Shown: in pieces, positions 18,060 to 27,757 of the stretch
Layout: each line of letters starts with the position of its first letter
Position numbering within the stretch: the first letter of the stretch is position 1
Assembly: GCA_965369865.1 (NCBI GenBank)
Contig: CBDURU010000024.1
Location: 1 to 35,321, forward strand
Direction of reading: 5' to 3'
Source: an uncultured bacterium
GTDB lineage: Bacteria > JAJVIF01 > JAPKYR01
DNA length: 35,321 nucleotides
Position numbers and translations under genes: made by a program
Notes under the pieces: model-generated
Told to the model about the DNA's origin: nothing
Databases searched by the model: none
Seen by the model: the letters and a program-made list of their open reading frames with translations, nothing else

Positions 18060-19441
18060 TCAGACTGCTCCAGCTCTACAAGGTTCTGCCCCGGATCATA
18101 TGTGTATGAAAACCCGAGGCATTCAAGGGCGGAGAAGAACGGTAAAAACGGCAGGCTTTCCAGTACAGACTGTGGGACCTCAGGCAGGATAACCTCATCA
18201 CCGCACATTATTAATCCCTTTTCCCTGTCCAGGATAATTGAAAGATCCGCACAGAGAATTTCAAGGCTGTCGGGATGTTCAATCGCCGTACAACCCAGGG
18301 CTTCAAATCCACCGATACTCATCCAGATTGTGTCGTTAACCCTCTGGTGCGGAGTTTCCCATTCGAGTTCAGTGCCGTCCGCGAGCATTACAGTAAGTGG
18401 ATCGTACTGGTACACAAGTACATCGCCATCGAATGTCAACCCTACTATCTCCGAAAACCCGTCCCCATCTATATCTCCCAGAACCATTTCATTTATCAAA
18501 GGAAGCTCGAGCGTGATTTTTACGGTGAATAATCCATCCTCTTCCGTATAAATTTCAAGGTGATCGATGGGACGATCGGGATCGCTGACTGCAGTAAGCA
18601 ATTCAAGAAACGCGTCCTCATCTAAATCGGCGATCCCCGCCCTGCCGATTTCCGTACTGCTTCCACGGAAAAACCTGCCCCTTCCTGAACCCAACGCCTG
18701 GAGCATATCAAGTTCCGTTACCGATAATTCCTGCACAAAATAAACTTCACCCTCCTCAAGCGATACAATTTCATCATCGGTCAGCTCAACAAATCCATCC
18801 GATGTAAGGCGGTATAAACTCATTCCAGCCCATTTCTCGTAGTCGGGTACATCATTCGTATCTTCGGAAGCATCCTGGTTTTCAGCTTCGCCATTCTCTT
18901 CCGGATTCCCGTCCTCGCTCTCCTCCGGAATGGCTATAATTACCGATCTCTCCCCCAAACCGATATCGGTCAGAACAAGTCGACCGGTTTCGTCCGGTAT
19001 CCGGTAATTTTCATAGGTCGCGATCTCTTCAAACAGGTAGCCGGTGAACCTGACCTGGTGGAGCGTTCCATCGGAATCAAGGAGGAGGATCAGCGGTTTG
19101 AATCCGATAACATCTTCATGCTTGATTTCCACTTTAACTATGTACCCGTCATCAATTAACGGCGCCGATATCCACATGGGTACAAATCCCGCGGGTGTGA
19201 AATGGTATACGTGGAATCCACCCTCATCGTCGGAGATGACCATTTCGTCCAGGCCGTCATGATCGATGTCGCCAAGGTCAAAGGCTGCATGGTAGAAAGT
19301 GAAATCATCCGACAGGCTGCCTTTGTACTCAAGAAACATATGTCCCGCCCGTACGATGGTCGGGTACACCAGCGTTCCAATGGCCAGAACTGCAATCAAA
19401 AAAATGCCGGTCGTGTTTGTATTTCCATTTGATCGAGACAT
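18056..19441 (-). CDS. Secreted acidic protein with FG-GAP/VCBS-like repeats and a copper-amine-oxidase-N-like C-terminal domain
   Basis: N-terminal hydrophobic signal; GDIDHDGLDEMV, ADLDEDAFLEL, GDIDGDGFSEIV; C-terminal 'FEALG...ALECLGFSYTYD' pattern. Confidence 0.65.
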   Translation of the reverse strand: MSRSNGNTNTTGIFLIAVLAIGTLVYPTIVRAGHMFLEYKGSLSDDFTFYHAAFDLGDIDHDGLDEMVISDDEGGFHVYHFTPAGFVPMWISAPLIDDGYIVKVEIKHEDVIGFKPLILLLDSDGTLHQVRFTGYLFEEIATYENYRIPDETGRLVLTDIGLGERSVIIAIPEESEDGNPEENGEAENQDASEDTNDVPDYEKWAGMSLYRLTSDGFVELTDDEIVSLEEGEVYFVQELSVTELDMLQALGSGRGRFFRGSSTEIGRAGIADLDEDAFLELLTAVSDPDRPIDHLEIYTEEDGLFTVKITLELPLINEMVLGDIDGDGFSEIVGLTFDGDVLVYQYDPLTVMLADGTELEWETPHQRVNDTIWMSIGGFEALGCTAIEHPDSLEILCADLSIILDREKGLIMCGDEVILPEVPQSVLESLPFLPFFSALECLGFSYTYDPGQNLVELEQSE

Positions 19442-19476
19442 ATCGCATGCCGGAAATGATCCGTTCCCGAGGCCAT

Positions 19477-20754
19477 TTAATCATTGCCTTCGAATGCTGT
19501 CAGAATATATTCTACCACTTCAACAAGCGGTATGTTTTCCTGTTTACCGGAATCCATATCCTTAATTATCGCGACGCCTTCCTTGAGTTCATCCTCTCCG
19601 ATGATTACGGCAACACTTGCATCCAGTGAGTTCGCTTGTCCGAGTTGACTTTTAAACGATGAGTTCCGATGGTCGATGTGCACTATTACACCCGCGGCAC
19701 GGAGAAGATCGGCCATCGTGGTTCCGACAAGCAATGCCCGATCGCCTAACGCAACAATCGCAATATCGCATTCAGGCTTAATTAAATCAGAAACATCAGT
19801 CCAGTCGATTGCCTCGGTGATCCTTTCAAGCCCGGCGCCGAAACCGATAGCAGGCGTATCCGGACCTCCATACAGCTTCACAAGGCCATCGTACCTTCCA
19901 CCGCCCAGAAGTGTATCCTGCTGGCCAGTGGCATCCTGCATCGTGATTTCAAAGACCGTATGAGTGTAATAATCCAAGCCTCGTACAAGGCTGGGATCGA
20001 TTTCAATCGCGAATCCCTCTGCACGTAGAAGGTCCTGGAGCGTTTCAAACCTCGCCTTCGATTCACCGGACAACGCATCATTTATATTTGGCGCATTTTC
20101 CAGAACCTTGTGACACTCGGGAACCTTGCAGTCATAAACCCTCAACGGATTATGCTCAGCCCGGAAATGACAGTCCGGGCAGAATTCATCGTGGTGCCGA
20201 TCGATGAATTTTTTAAGGCTTTCGTTGTATGCTCCCCTGTCCTCATCCGTCCCCAGCGAGTTAACCGCGACCCTGGTATTCTCAAGCCCGATAGCGGTAA
20301 GGAAATTCACGCCCATGCTGATAATTTCAACATCGGCTGTAACCGAAGACGCGCCGAAAATTTCGATCCCCGCTTGTGTATGTTCCCGGTAGCGGCCTTT
20401 CTGTGGACGCTGGTAGCGGAACATCGACCCGACATAATAAAGCCTTGTCTGGTCACTGAAATTCCATCCCGCCTGGATCATCGCTCTCACGACACCCGGC
20501 GTACCTTCCGGCCTCAATGTCAGGCTGCGTCCTTTCTTGTCCGGGAAAGTGTACATCTCCTTCGAGACAATATCCGATGATTCCCCGGCTCCCCTCGCGA
20601 ACAGCTCCGTGTTCTCAAACATCGGCGTGCGAACTGGAAGGTATCCGTAATTTTCCGCAAGGTCCCTGAAAACCGCCTCGACATGAAGCTGCTTTAGGCT
20701 TTCGGGTGGAAGAAAATCGAGCGTGCCGCGTGGTGACTGGTATTTTTTCGCCAT
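19477..20754 (-). CDS. hisS: Histidyl-tRNA synthetase
   Basis: PRGTLDFLP, KEMYTF, LRPEGT, FRYQRPQKGRYRE, LVRGLDYYT, GGGRYDGL, GFGAGLER. Start moved to ATG 20754. Confidence 0.97.
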   Translation of the reverse strand: MAKKYQSPRGTLDFLPPESLKQLHVEAVFRDLAENYGYLPVRTPMFENTELFARGAGESSDIVSKEMYTFPDKKGRSLTLRPEGTPGVVRAMIQAGWNFSDQTRLYYVGSMFRYQRPQKGRYREHTQAGIEIFGASSVTADVEIISMGVNFLTAIGLENTRVAVNSLGTDEDRGAYNESLKKFIDRHHDEFCPDCHFRAEHNPLRVYDCKVPECHKVLENAPNINDALSGESKARFETLQDLLRAEGFAIEIDPSLVRGLDYYTHTVFEITMQDATGQQDTLLGGGRYDGLVKLYGGPDTPAIGFGAGLERITEAIDWTDVSDLIKPECDIAIVALGDRALLVGTTMADLLRAAGVIVHIDHRNSSFKSQLGQANSLDASVAVIIGEDELKEGVAIIKDMDSGKQENIPLVEVVEYILTAFEGND

Positions 20755-20885
20755 CTGATTTGTCCTGTGCAATAACTTCTGTGCATTACAATTTAAGGAT
20801 GTATTGTACAATAAAACGGTGCCGTTAGCTTCCAGCTATCGGATTCGTGTACCGACGACTTCCAGTCGTTCGACCTTTCCATAAC

Positions 20886-20910
20886 AAAAAAAAGGCTGCA
20901 CACCGCAGCC
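20886..20910 (-). terminator. Intrinsic terminator after tRNA-His
   Basis: GGCTGC-GGTGT-GCAGCC-TTTTTTTT. Confidence 0.85.
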
Positions 20911-20924
20911 GATTCAATCCATTC

Positions 20925-21002
20925 TGGGGTACCTGGAGGGAATTGAACCCTCGACCTTCTGATCCACAGTCAGACGCTCTAACCAACTGAGCTACAGGTA
21001 CC
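20925..21002 (-). tRNA. tRNA-His (GTG) with encoded G-1, C73 and CCA
   Basis: G-GTACCTG TA GCTC AGTTGGTTA GAGC G TCTGA CTGTGGA TCAGA AGGTC GAGGG TTCAATT CCCTC CAGGTAC C CCA forms a full cloverleaf. Confidence 0.97.
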
Positions 21003-21045
21003 ATGAACAATATACAAGCGCGACTGAATCGCGCCCTTATGCCTG

Positions 21046-21074
21046 TGTATATCACCCGGAACCGTGTTAGTCAA
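21046..21074 (-). promoter_or_regulatory. Sigma70-type promoter of tRNA-His
   Basis: TTGACT-N17-TATACA with TG extension. Confidence 0.7.
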
Positions 21075-21283
21075 GTCACAAGTTAAGGAATTTACAACTA
21101 CTCTTCCGACGCTTTGCCCTTCATAAGAATATGCTTGATTTCATGAATGCGCTCGTTGTCCTTTTTAAAGCCGGATACGGCTGGCCAAGGCTTGTAAGAC
21201 CATTTTTACTTGAAATTGTCGAAGACCGGGGACAGGCGGGTGGAATATTGAAAAATTCCACCATTTATTTATCAGCCTGGAAA

Positions 21284-22921
21284 TTACTCGTTCATGTACA
21301 TCCCCGTTTGTTCGATATCCGGGGGTAATTTTTCGGAGAATGCCCTCAGGTTGGCGACCAAATTTTCTTTAAATTCGGGATCTATTGCATAGAAATGTAC
21401 CGTATCACTGGAGCAGACTATATTTCCCTGAATCTTCCACTCCCCAACCCGCTGCCATCCCGATGGAAAATAAGTTCCATCTTCCTGGCCGGTTCCATGG
21501 GGATAGACTATGGCAATTTTAACGTCTCTCTCACTTATCAACGTGTCCATGCGGTCCGTGTCGTATTGACCTGTAATTCGTGCACGTGCGATTTCAGTAT
21601 TCGCAAGGCCCCAGATATCAAAACAATGAATATCCGCAAGATAATTGGCAGCTCCGATATCGTTAACCGCGACAATTTCACCTTCATAAAATTCATTAAG
21701 GAACAGGCCCATCTGGTATTGCTGTTCGTATATATTTTTCGAAGCCTCTGGGATGCTCCTGGTGGCCAGCACTCCCCTGGTGCCCATTTGTGAAATAGCA
21801 AGCAGAATGAAAACCACAACGGCAAGATTAAAAATTAACGGTTTCTTTTGATTTTTAGAACTTTGGAATTCATCCAGGATATATTTTATCGAAATTACTC
21901 CAACAACCACTCCAATGTAAACAAGATAAGCTTCATAGCGGAAAAACCATCCGATTCGCGCAAATTGGAGATGAATAATAACTACCAGGATAAAAATCAT
22001 ACCCATGGCCTGATTAATATCCCAAATGGTTTTATTTTTCAAATACCTGAGGAGAATTATCCCGAACACTATTACTACCGGAATAAGGAGGTGGGGTGTC
22101 AAGGCAAACTGATAGAAACTCCGGCCAAGGAATTTTACTATCTCAATGAAAGTCCATGTGTCGTAATTCTGAGCTTTTATCAGAATGGGATTTGGCAGGA
22201 AGAACCACCCATGTGAGATTGATATTACGCCAAGAACGATGATCGGCAGGAGCCCGAGAATCGCGATGAGCAGTGCAAATTTAAATCGTTTCTGTATGGC
22301 CAGAAGAACACAGATGATCAAGAGGAGAAACATACCTTCGAACCTGGCCATGACGATAAGCGGTGAAAGAACCAGCAATATTTTACAATCGCGACTTAAC
22401 TCCCTGTTCTCTCCCGATCCATCTCCCGACAGGACTCTTGCGGAATAGAATACGAAAACAAGTGAAATGAGAGCATGAAGGGTGTGTTCCATTCCGGAAA
22501 ACATGAGTGTCGGGAGTGGCAGGAATAAAATTATTCCGAGGAGTGTCAGCAGTTTGAAAATTGGATTGACTTTGAATTGATCCAGAATCAGCGAACCCGC
22601 CAACAGGAGAGCTATCCCGAAAATAACGTTCAACCATAGCGGTACCATCGGGTTGACGCCAAACAACTTGAAAATAAATGACAGGAGCAACGTCCAGAGT
22701 ATCGTTGATGACGACGACGAAAATTCGTAAGGTGTTACACCCCATACGCCCGATCCTGAAAAATTCTTAGCTATAGCCATATGGATGTAAGTGTCGTCGA
22801 TCGGGTAAATAAAAATCCCACCGCACTTGACTTTCACGAGGCTAACGAAAATAACTGTAGTAATGATCAGGACAATTGCCGCAATCACAAACGGGACATA
22901 CCTGGTAAAGCTTCTGGCCAT
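21284..22921 (-). CDS. GT-C-fold membrane glycosyltransferase-like protein
   Basis: DDTYIH...A.N...G motif after TM1, SSSSS.LW, SGME..L, RFEG, RY; many TM helices; soluble C-terminal domain with D.GA...D..GL. Confidence 0.7.
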   Translation of the reverse strand: MARSFTRYVPFVIAAIVLIITTVIFVSLVKVKCGGIFIYPIDDTYIHMAIAKNFSGSGVWGVTPYEFSSSSSTILWTLLLSFIFKLFGVNPMVPLWLNVIFGIALLLAGSLILDQFKVNPIFKLLTLLGIILFLPLPTLMFSGMEHTLHALISLVFVFYSARVLSGDGSGENRELSRDCKILLVLSPLIVMARFEGMFLLLIICVLLAIQKRFKFALLIAILGLLPIIVLGVISISHGWFFLPNPILIKAQNYDTWTFIEIVKFLGRSFYQFALTPHLLIPVVIVFGIILLRYLKNKTIWDINQAMGMIFILVVIIHLQFARIGWFFRYEAYLVYIGVVVGVISIKYILDEFQSSKNQKKPLIFNLAVVVFILLAISQMGTRGVLATRSIPEASKNIYEQQYQMGLFLNEFYEGEIVAVNDIGAANYLADIHCFDIWGLANTEIARARITGQYDTDRMDTLISERDVKIAIVYPHGTGQEDGTYFPSGWQRVGEWKIQGNIVCSSDTVHFYAIDPEFKENLVANLRAFSEKLPPDIEQTGMYMNE

Positions 22922-22933
22922 TCGACAATTCCT

Positions 22934-23890
22934 TTACAGAATTTTACGCTGAATCCATCCGCTGCCTATATCTATCAGCGAGACAGTTACGAGAATCAGG
23001 ATAAATGCCGTTGAAACCTGGGTGTAATTGAACAGGTTGATGTTTTGCTGGAGAAACACACCGATCCCGCCGGCCCCGACAAATCCGAGGATCATGCTCA
23101 TCCTGACGTTAATGTCCCAGCGGTAGATTGAATAGGCGAGAAACAACGGTGCGATCTGTGGAACCACCCCATACGCCACTATCTGTATTTTCCCGGCGCC
23201 AACTGCCTGTAGAGCCTCGATCGGCCCCCGATCGATATTCTCCAGGGCTTCCGCGAATAACCGTCCCAGCATGCCAATAGAATGGAATCCAAGGGCAAGG
23301 ACTCCCGCCGCCGGCCCTACACCCACGATTACTGTGAATATCAGCGCGACCACAAGAGCGGGGATCGCCGAAAGAAAATTGAACGTAAACCGCACTATCC
23401 CATAGGTTACAAGTCCCGCAGGATGCGTCCCCACAATATTCCGACTGGCGAGGAACGAAAACGGGAACGCGAATATAACTGCTATCAATGTCCCGATAAG
23501 TGCGATCTCGATTGTCTCAAGCATATCGGGAACGATTACCGACATCGTACGCTTCGTGAAATCCGGGCGAATCAGCCCCCCTCTACGCCTCGTTTCAGGC
23601 ACCATCTCGCCGTTAACTTCTCGCATGACGGGAACCATTTCCCCATCGATTTCCTCCATTACCGGCCTCCGGGCGCCGGCAAGAATATTCAATGCTGCAG
23701 ACCACCTGTAGTCCGGCGTATCAACAATCATGGTGCCATCGCGATCGCGGGCGACTTCAGCCATCTCCGTATCGTGGATCGACCATCCGAAGACAACGAG
23801 AGCGACAATGATTGTCGGTATCAGCCAGTATTTGGGTCCGGGCGGTTTCAGTTCCGGATATTTATCCCATATTTCCTTCAAGTCGGGCAT
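22934..23890 (-). CDS. phnE: Phosphonate/phosphite ABC transporter permease
   Basis: ETIEIA..GT, AGVLALGFHSIGMLGRLFAEALE, YRWDINVR.S.ILGFVGAGGIG. Confidence 0.9.
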   Translation of the reverse strand: MPDLKEIWDKYPELKPPGPKYWLIPTIIVALVVFGWSIHDTEMAEVARDRDGTMIVDTPDYRWSAALNILAGARRPVMEEIDGEMVPVMREVNGEMVPETRRRGGLIRPDFTKRTMSVIVPDMLETIEIALIGTLIAVIFAFPFSFLASRNIVGTHPAGLVTYGIVRFTFNFLSAIPALVVALIFTVIVGVGPAAGVLALGFHSIGMLGRLFAEALENIDRGPIEALQAVGAGKIQIVAYGVVPQIAPLFLAYSIYRWDINVRMSMILGFVGAGGIGVFLQQNINLFNYTQVSTAFILILVTVSLIDIGSGWIQRKIL

Positions 23891-24009
23891 CCGACTAATG
23901 TTTCTGATTTCATGGTCTTATCTTACCCGGGTTTTAGGGTTAGCCATAAATATACCGTAGGATTGGCGGTTTGAATATCAAAACAGTGTGTGCGGCATGC
24001 CTGTTTATC

Positions 24010-25926
24010 TCAAACAATAGATTCGCTACTTGGCAGTTCAGTTATATAAAGTCCATAAGTAGTTGAATTTCCAACGGCAGGGGTGTAGATTTTCAGGTAG
24101 TAGTCTGTATTGGCCTGGACAAAAACAGTAATTTCCTCCCAGCTTGAATCAGCATGGTTTTCGGTCGTTGATTCACCCATGAGGTCGGTAAGATGGGGGT
24201 CTGAGTATACTGCCATATCCAGGTCCTCTCCCCACGTGAAGATATCCAGGTAGATTGTCGCCACACAATCATTCGAGGGATTGAAGTAATACAGGTCTTC
24301 AGTATCGTGATACGGGTTACCGGGCCTGTCGTGAAGTGAATCGAATAGTGGAAGTTCTACCCAAATCGTGGCGCCATCTATTGGAATCTGAACAAAACCT
24401 CCCCCATCGGCGATATCCGAATACCTGTCCGAACCGTACACGCCTCTCAGCGCATTGATTCGACCGTGACCTGTCTGAATATCATAGCCGGGGACGTTGA
24501 GATCATCGGCGGTTTCTTCGATTCGGTCCCAGTACCATTGGCCGTCATGTCCGGGATTCATTGCCACAATAAGGGCCATAACGCCGGCGGATGTCGGGCA
24601 TGCGCAGGATGTACCGTTAAACCAGCCATAGGTATACCCGGTTCTGTAACTGGATGTTGATGCTGAATGGGTGGTAATCGTCCTCTCGCAAAAGCCCATG
24701 ATATCCAGGTTCGGGCCGTAATTCGATCCCCACCACCATCCTTCCCAGCCAACATGGATCCGGTCTTCATCCACCGGCACATTATATCTCGACCATGGTA
24801 CTGTCCCCCCTACACAGATGACCGAATCATAGCTCGCGGGAACATACTCGGTCTGGTTATTCCAGTTTCCAGCGGCACCCATAAGCAGGGGCCCGTTCCC
24901 GTTATCCCATGTATCATCAGCCGCAATTTCAAGAACCTCGGTTGGATACAGAACAACGAACGACATAGAAACAACATCGGCGCCGTTATCCTTTACATAG
25001 TTCCATGCTTCCACAACAGTTGCCACACATGCCGGTCCGTCCCACATATCGGCACGAACGGCCATGATTTTCACACCGGGGGCAATTCCGCTTAAACCTT
25101 TTTCATTATCCTGTACCGCCCCGACAATTCCGGCACATCCAGTCCCATGGCTGCCTGAATCCCAAGGATCATTATCGTTTCCGTGTGTATCCCATCCCCT
25201 GTAATCATCGATGTAACCGTTGTCATCATCATCAATGCCGTTATCCGGGATTTCATCCTCATTAATCCAGATATTTTCTGCGAGATCTTCATGGTCGTAC
25301 CGGATTCCGGTGTCGATAATCGCAACAATTACACCCTCGCCCCTTGAATCATGCCACACAATATTTGCACCAAGTTTAGCCGGGCCCCACTGGTCGTAAA
25401 CGCTGTCGCGCGGGTCGTCTCCCTCATCATTACTTTCCCAGAGAGGATCATTCGGCGTATAGGGTGCTTTCTGGAAAACCAGAAGGTAATTGGGCTCCGC
25501 AATCCTGATATCGGGATTCGTTTTGAGTGAATCAACCATGTGATCTACTGGAGTTCCGTCTGTAATCTTAAGACGATAAACTGTTCCCCAGCGGCAGGTA
25601 ATTACTCTCTTGATGGATAACGGGTAATCTGTAAAAAATTCAGGGCCCGGGTCAGCCTGGATCCGATCGGTAAGCACAACGAGGACTTCTTTTTCTACAT
25701 ATGCGCTATCGTGCGACGGTTCAGGGGAAATATTCACACTCTCAGCCTCAGGAATTAATCCTGCGAGCTCCGGGGTCGATCCCTGTAAATTATTAAGGTC
25801 TGCGGAACCAGAACTACCAGGGGAAATGAAACCATCTGTTTCCTGACATGACAGGACAAGTAATGTAAAAATAAGGAAGCATAATATGCCTGGGGTTATT
25901 TTGGCCAAACCGGTTCTGACAGTCAT
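24010..25926 (-). CDS. Subtilisin-family (S8) serine peptidase lipoprotein with propeptide and C-terminal PPC-like domain
   Basis: LVLS|C lipobox; AEPNY propeptide end; triad IIDTG / SHGT / NGTSCA; AAGN oxyanion motif. Confidence 0.92.
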   Translation of the reverse strand: MTVRTGLAKITPGILCFLIFTLLVLSCQETDGFISPGSSGSADLNNLQGSTPELAGLIPEAESVNISPEPSHDSAYVEKEVLVVLTDRIQADPGPEFFTDYPLSIKRVITCRWGTVYRLKITDGTPVDHMVDSLKTNPDIRIAEPNYLLVFQKAPYTPNDPLWESNDEGDDPRDSVYDQWGPAKLGANIVWHDSRGEGVIVAIIDTGIRYDHEDLAENIWINEDEIPDNGIDDDDNGYIDDYRGWDTHGNDNDPWDSGSHGTGCAGIVGAVQDNEKGLSGIAPGVKIMAVRADMWDGPACVATVVEAWNYVKDNGADVVSMSFVVLYPTEVLEIAADDTWDNGNGPLLMGAAGNWNNQTEYVPASYDSVICVGGTVPWSRYNVPVDEDRIHVGWEGWWWGSNYGPNLDIMGFCERTITTHSASTSSYRTGYTYGWFNGTSCACPTSAGVMALIVAMNPGHDGQWYWDRIEETADDLNVPGYDIQTGHGRINALRGVYGSDRYSDIADGGGFVQIPIDGATIWVELPLFDSLHDRPGNPYHDTEDLYYFNPSNDCVATIYLDIFTWGEDLDMAVYSDPHLTDLMGESTTENHADSSWEEITVFVQANTDYYLKIYTPAVGNSTTYGLYITELPSSESIV

Positions 25927-26157
25927 AAATCACCCGCTGAGTTCTGAGATTAGGGTTATTATTATACCTTATTTCCCCACAATCATAAAATGATGGGGGT
26001 TAATATCTAAACATCAACGGTAACACGGGTTCATCCACCACTCCGGTTGTTTGCAACAACCCCGGATATATAAGTTAATAATACCTCTCTATAAACACCT
26101 TTTAATAGCCTTGTTGAAATCCTAAAAGAGTGCTAGCATCGTTTCTGTTCTCAAAGG

Positions 26158-27453
26158 ATGGGGAGTATGGGCAGACAAAAAGAAGAGAAACGAAACACCT
26201 GTGCGGCAGGTAATTATCGAGTAACCGCCGCTGGTTCCCCTGTTTTTAAAATTGTCCTCCTGCTGATTTCCTGTCTGTTAATAGCTGTTTCGACTACCCC
26301 CTCGATTGCCGCATCATCATCCGACGGTGGCTACATAATGGAAATGCCACTCGACCGTGATGGCAAACTCGACGCGATACGCTACCTCCAGACACGAATT
26401 CTTCAACCGTACTCGAATGCCAGGTATCTTGTACGGAACGCCACTGTCCTTCTGCCAGGTTCCGGGATTGAGGGTTACTTCGCCTACCTGGTCACTCTCC
26501 AGGCAAGCGTGCCGGGGAACCGCGCTTACGATCTGTCAGAATTTTACTCGGTGGCCGGGTATTATCTCATCATGATTAAACGGGACGGTGATGGCTTTAC
26601 AATAGTCGATGAGATACAGCTTACACCGCCCGAACTTGTCGAAAGGCTAAGGCTGGGAACCGCACAGCCACCGCCTGAATTGACATCGAACCCGGATGAA
26701 TTCGATTTTTCCGATGCCGTGTACGACGCAACTGATCCTGAGCTGGTTGATTGGAGAGACCAACTGGTAAATTCCAATGAGCCGTTGTGGGACTGGTCAG
26801 ACCTCACTGGCGATGGATGGCTGGACTGCATCCTGAATATTGAAGGGTTTGAGTTCCATCCAACAAGCTATTACCTGGTGCTTGTGACTACATCGGATGG
26901 CTTTCTCGAAGGTTTCAGGTCTTGGGGATACAACACATTCTTCTCTGAAAAACCAACCGATTACGGGATGGCAATAATTGCCGATCGTTACTCATTGAGC
27001 GCCAACGGCGATTTCATGAAATCGTGGCGGGATTATTACATCTGGGACGGATTCAGGTTCGCTATCGAAAATGAGAAATTCGCCAGTAACTATGACAACC
27101 TGATCGAACCGCTGGAGGAATTAATCTCCCAGGCGCTTGCCGGGGAAAATTCGTCATCGGGACGATGGACCGGCCTTACAAGGTTTGAAATCAACGCTAC
27201 ACGGTACAAGGAGAATATCGGGATTCCAAGCCAGTATTATTTCTACCTTGCGAGAATATCGGAGTACCAGGACGATGCAGGTGAGGCCGCACGTCGATGG
27301 CGTATCCTGGTGGATTACCTGAACGAAGAATATGATTCGCAGGCGGAAGTGGATATCGAAGCGTTGGATATCGCCCTACAGGGATCGCTGCAGACGTTTA
27401 TCGACTGGCGTGATGACCTCTTCTATGCGGCGGAAGCGGCCCTGACTGAATAA
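26158..27453 (+). CDS. Hypothetical secreted acidic protein
   Basis: 431-aa ORF; hydrophobic signal-like segment (start may be downstream); one DLTGDG motif; helical TPR-like tail. Confidence 0.65.
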   Translation: MGSMGRQKEEKRNTCAAGNYRVTAAGSPVFKIVLLLISCLLIAVSTTPSIAASSSDGGYIMEMPLDRDGKLDAIRYLQTRILQPYSNARYLVRNATVLLPGSGIEGYFAYLVTLQASVPGNRAYDLSEFYSVAGYYLIMIKRDGDGFTIVDEIQLTPPELVERLRLGTAQPPPELTSNPDEFDFSDAVYDATDPELVDWRDQLVNSNEPLWDWSDLTGDGWLDCILNIEGFEFHPTSYYLVLVTTSDGFLEGFRSWGYNTFFSEKPTDYGMAIIADRYSLSANGDFMKSWRDYYIWDGFRFAIENEKFASNYDNLIEPLEELISQALAGENSSSGRWTGLTRFEINATRYKENIGIPSQYYFYLARISEYQDDAGEAARRWRILVDYLNEEYDSQAEVDIEALDIALQGSLQTFIDWRDDLFYAAEAALTE

Positions 27454-27757
27454 ATTTATCACAACTCCAGGTAACCGTTTGCCTTTCCTTGCCTCAGTGG
27501 GGTCTTTAACGGGCTGTCCGAGCGGGAATTCCAGCGAGTGGTGGACTGACAACCCTATAAGGAAGGAAATAACAGTGCTTAACATTGCAGTGGAAATGAA
27601 AAAAAGATGGACCGATTACCATCAGGAAATAATCGTTTTTAATCTTTAATAACTGGTATTTTCCATTTAATCATGGTAAAAACAAATTCTAATTCTTGAA
27701 ATATAGTAAATATCACTTTCAAAATTGACCCACATTGGTTGGGAGGAGAATCCATAT

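Noticed and set aside
20925..21002. tRNA-anchored genomic island
   Set aside because: No duplicate of the tRNA 3' end and no integrase seen; hisS follows directly.
20825..21055. 76-aa ORF from the track
   Set aside because: It overlies the tRNA-His gene and its terminator; spurious.
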